In this document: one piece after another, positions 62,377 to 64,000 of the stretch
How the letters are laid out: every line of letters starts with the position of its first letter
Numbering within the stretch: the stretch's first letter is position 1
Assembly (NCBI GenBank): GCA_043814965.1
Contig: JBDRJN010000002.1
Span: forward strand, 39,984 to 103,983
Direction: 5' to 3'
Length of the DNA: 64,000 bases
DNA from: Candidatus Omnitrophota bacterium
GTDB lineage: Bacteria > Omnitrophota > Gorgyraeia > Gorgyraeales > Gorgyraeaceae
Program-made: the position numbers and the translations under genes
Notes under the pieces: model-generated
Database searches by the model: none
Seen by the model: only the letters and a program-made list of their open reading frames with translations
What the model was told of the DNA's origin: nothing

Positions 62377-63998
62377 GCATGAAAAATATACTCCTGATGG
62401 GAAATCCTAATGTCGGAAAAAGCGCTATTTTTTCAAGGCTCACAGGAGCTAAGATAGCGATCTCAAATTATCCTGGGTCTACAGTAGAATTTTGTCAAGG
62501 CAGGATGAAAATAGATGACGAGATGCATATAGTTATAGATGTTCCAGGTACATATGACCTAAAGGCATCCTGCAAAGCAGAGGAAGTAGCTTGCAATATG
62601 GTGTTGGAGGGAGATTTTATTATAAATGTGGTCAATGCTACGAATCTAGAGAGGAATCTATATCTTACTCTGGAGCTTATAGAAAAAAACATTCCTATGG
62701 TAGTGTGCCTAAACATGTGGGATGAGACTAGGCATCAAGGGATCAGTATAGATGTAAAAGAACTCGAGAGAAAATTAGGCATTCCAGTTATCGCTACATG
62801 TGCTTTGACTGGTGAAGGCATAAAAGAGATGATAGAGCGGTTGAAAGCCGCAAAACCATTGCTATCACACAAGACCAATGGTAAGGATAAATGGAAAATA
62901 ATAGGAGAGATAGTAGATAGTGTACAGAAGCTTACTCACCATCATCATACAATTCTTCAGAGATTAGAGGACCTCAGTATAAGGCCTGTCACAGGTATAC
63001 CTATAGCATTAGGTATGATATACGCATCTTTTTGGATCATCAGGTTCATTGGAGAGGGCCTCATAGGATTTTTATTTGAACCGTTGTTTAAAAAAATATG
63101 GCTCCCTATAATACTTGAACTAAGCGATCTTCTGGGAAAAGAAAGTCTATTAAGTAATATACTCATAGGTAACTTTATTGATGGAAAAATAGACTTTGGC
63201 CAGTCTTTCGGAGTTTTAACCACAGGACTTTTTGTACCAATAGCAATGGTGTTACCTTATATATTAAGTTTTTATCTAGTACTTGGCATATTGGAAGACC
63301 TTGGATATCTTCCTCGTCTCGCAGTATTAGTGGATAACATCATGCATAAGATAGGCTTACATGGCTATGCAATAATACCTATGATGCTTGGCTTAGGTTG
63401 CAATGTGCCGGGGGCTCTTGCATTGAGATTGCTAGAAGGAAGGCGCGAGAAGTTTATAGCAGCCACCTTGTTAGCCATATCAGTTCCGTGCATGGCGCAG
63501 ATCGCCATGATAGTAGGCCTTTTAGGTAAAAGAGGCGGCGGGCCATTACTGATAGTGTTTGGAACATTGTTTTCTCTGTTGGTCATAAAGGGGCTTCTTT
63601 TGAATAGATTTTTGAAAGGCGCGTCTCCCGAAATACTTTTAGAGATACCGCCATATAGAAAACCTCAGATCCAGGCAGTACTTAAGAAACTCTGGATGAG
63701 GGTGTCTGGATTTTTAAAAGAAGCAGTGCCATATGTGCTCTTAGGTGTATTCATAGTAAATATACTTTATTTATTAAATGTGATAGATTTTTTATCTAAT
63801 ATATTCGCGCCTGTATTCACTAAGCTTTGGGGCCTTCCAAAAGAGGCAATATCCGCGCTTTTAGTAGGTTTTTTAAGAAAAGACGTTGCAGTGGGTATGC
63901 TTGCCCCGCTAAATCTGACAACAAAAGAGCTTATCATAGGTTCAGTAATACTTTCTGTCTATTTTCCGTGTATAGCTACATTTATAGTATTGGTAAAA
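62373..63998 (+). CDS. feoB: Ferrous iron transporter FeoB (3' end beyond the window)
   Basis: N-terminal G-protein MSMKNILLMGNPNVGKSAIFSRLTG. Open to the end of the window with later TM segments. Start overlaps the feoA stop. Confidence 0.85.
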   Translation, partial: MSMKNILLMGNPNVGKSAIFSRLTGAKIAISNYPGSTVEFCQGRMKIDDEMHIVIDVPGTYDLKASCKAEEVACNMVLEGDFIINVVNATNLERNLYLTLELIEKNIPMVVCLNMWDETRHQGISIDVKELERKLGIPVIATCALTGEGIKEMIERLKAAKPLLSHKTNGKDKWKIIGEIVDSVQKLTHHHHTILQRLEDLSIRPVTGIPIALGMIYASFWIIRFIGEGLIGFLFEPLFKKIWLPIILELSDLLGKESLLSNILIGNFIDGKIDFGQSFGVLTTGLFVPIAMVLPYILSFYLVLGILEDLGYLPRLAVLVDNIMHKIGLHGYAIIPMMLGLGCNVPGALALRLLEGRREKFIAATLLAISVPCMAQIAMIVGLLGKRGGGPLLIVFGTLFSLLVIKGLLLNRFLKGASPEILLEIPPYRKPQIQAVLKKLWMRVSGFLKEAVPYVLLGVFIVNILYLLNVIDFLSNIFAPVFTKLWGLPKEAISALLVGFLRKDVAVGMLAPLNLTTKELIIGSVILSVYFPCIATFIVLVK

Positions 63999-64000
63999 GA

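Noticed and set aside
1-64000. tRNA/rRNA/tmRNA/RNase P/SRP RNA genes
   Set aside because: Scanning the intergenic regions by eye for T-loop (GTTCRANYC) and other conserved motifs found none. A proper tRNAscan or Infernal run is needed to be sure.

Overview
This is a 64 kb window of an AT-rich (roughly 35% GC) genome from what looks like a strictly anaerobic bacterium. Genes are tightly packed and many overlap by a few bases. Recognisable content includes glycolysis and pentose-phosphate enzymes (pyruvate kinase, class II fructose-bisphosphate aldolase, transaldolase) and pyruvate formate-lyase with its activase. There is an archaeal-type polyamine module (deoxyhypusine-synthase-like, agmatinase, pyruvoyl arginine decarboxylase) and an oxidative-stress island (two thioredoxin-reductase-like genes, Tpx, an unannotated rubredoxin, superoxide reductase, endonuclease III). 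A fur-feoAB operon carries a palindromic operator. There are three two-component systems, two HD-GYP phosphodiesterases and a cell-envelope lipoprotein cluster. Three things stand out. (1) A monocistronic 11.4 kb gene encodes a 3811-aa secreted multidomain protein with two HExxH motifs, a SAM-methyltransferase motif, HEAT/TPR repeats, a beta-rich aromatic region, a transglutaminase-like Cys-His core and an internally duplicated module. (2) Radical SAM enzymes are very dense, nine in 64 kb. One minus-strand cluster contains two B12-binding and two SPL-like radical SAM genes, two nitroreductases, a GH94-like glycoside phosphorylase, an MTA/5'-deoxyadenosine nucleosidase and a DUF362-ferredoxin. 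A second island places a B12-radical SAM and a two-component system between two stand-alone acyl carrier proteins. (3) Several families of perfect-stem intergenic hairpins and structured repeats show compensatory stem changes between copies, which points to selection on structure. No tRNA, rRNA, CRISPR array or transposase was recognised. All calls come from reading the sequence and ORF translations by eye. No database search was run.
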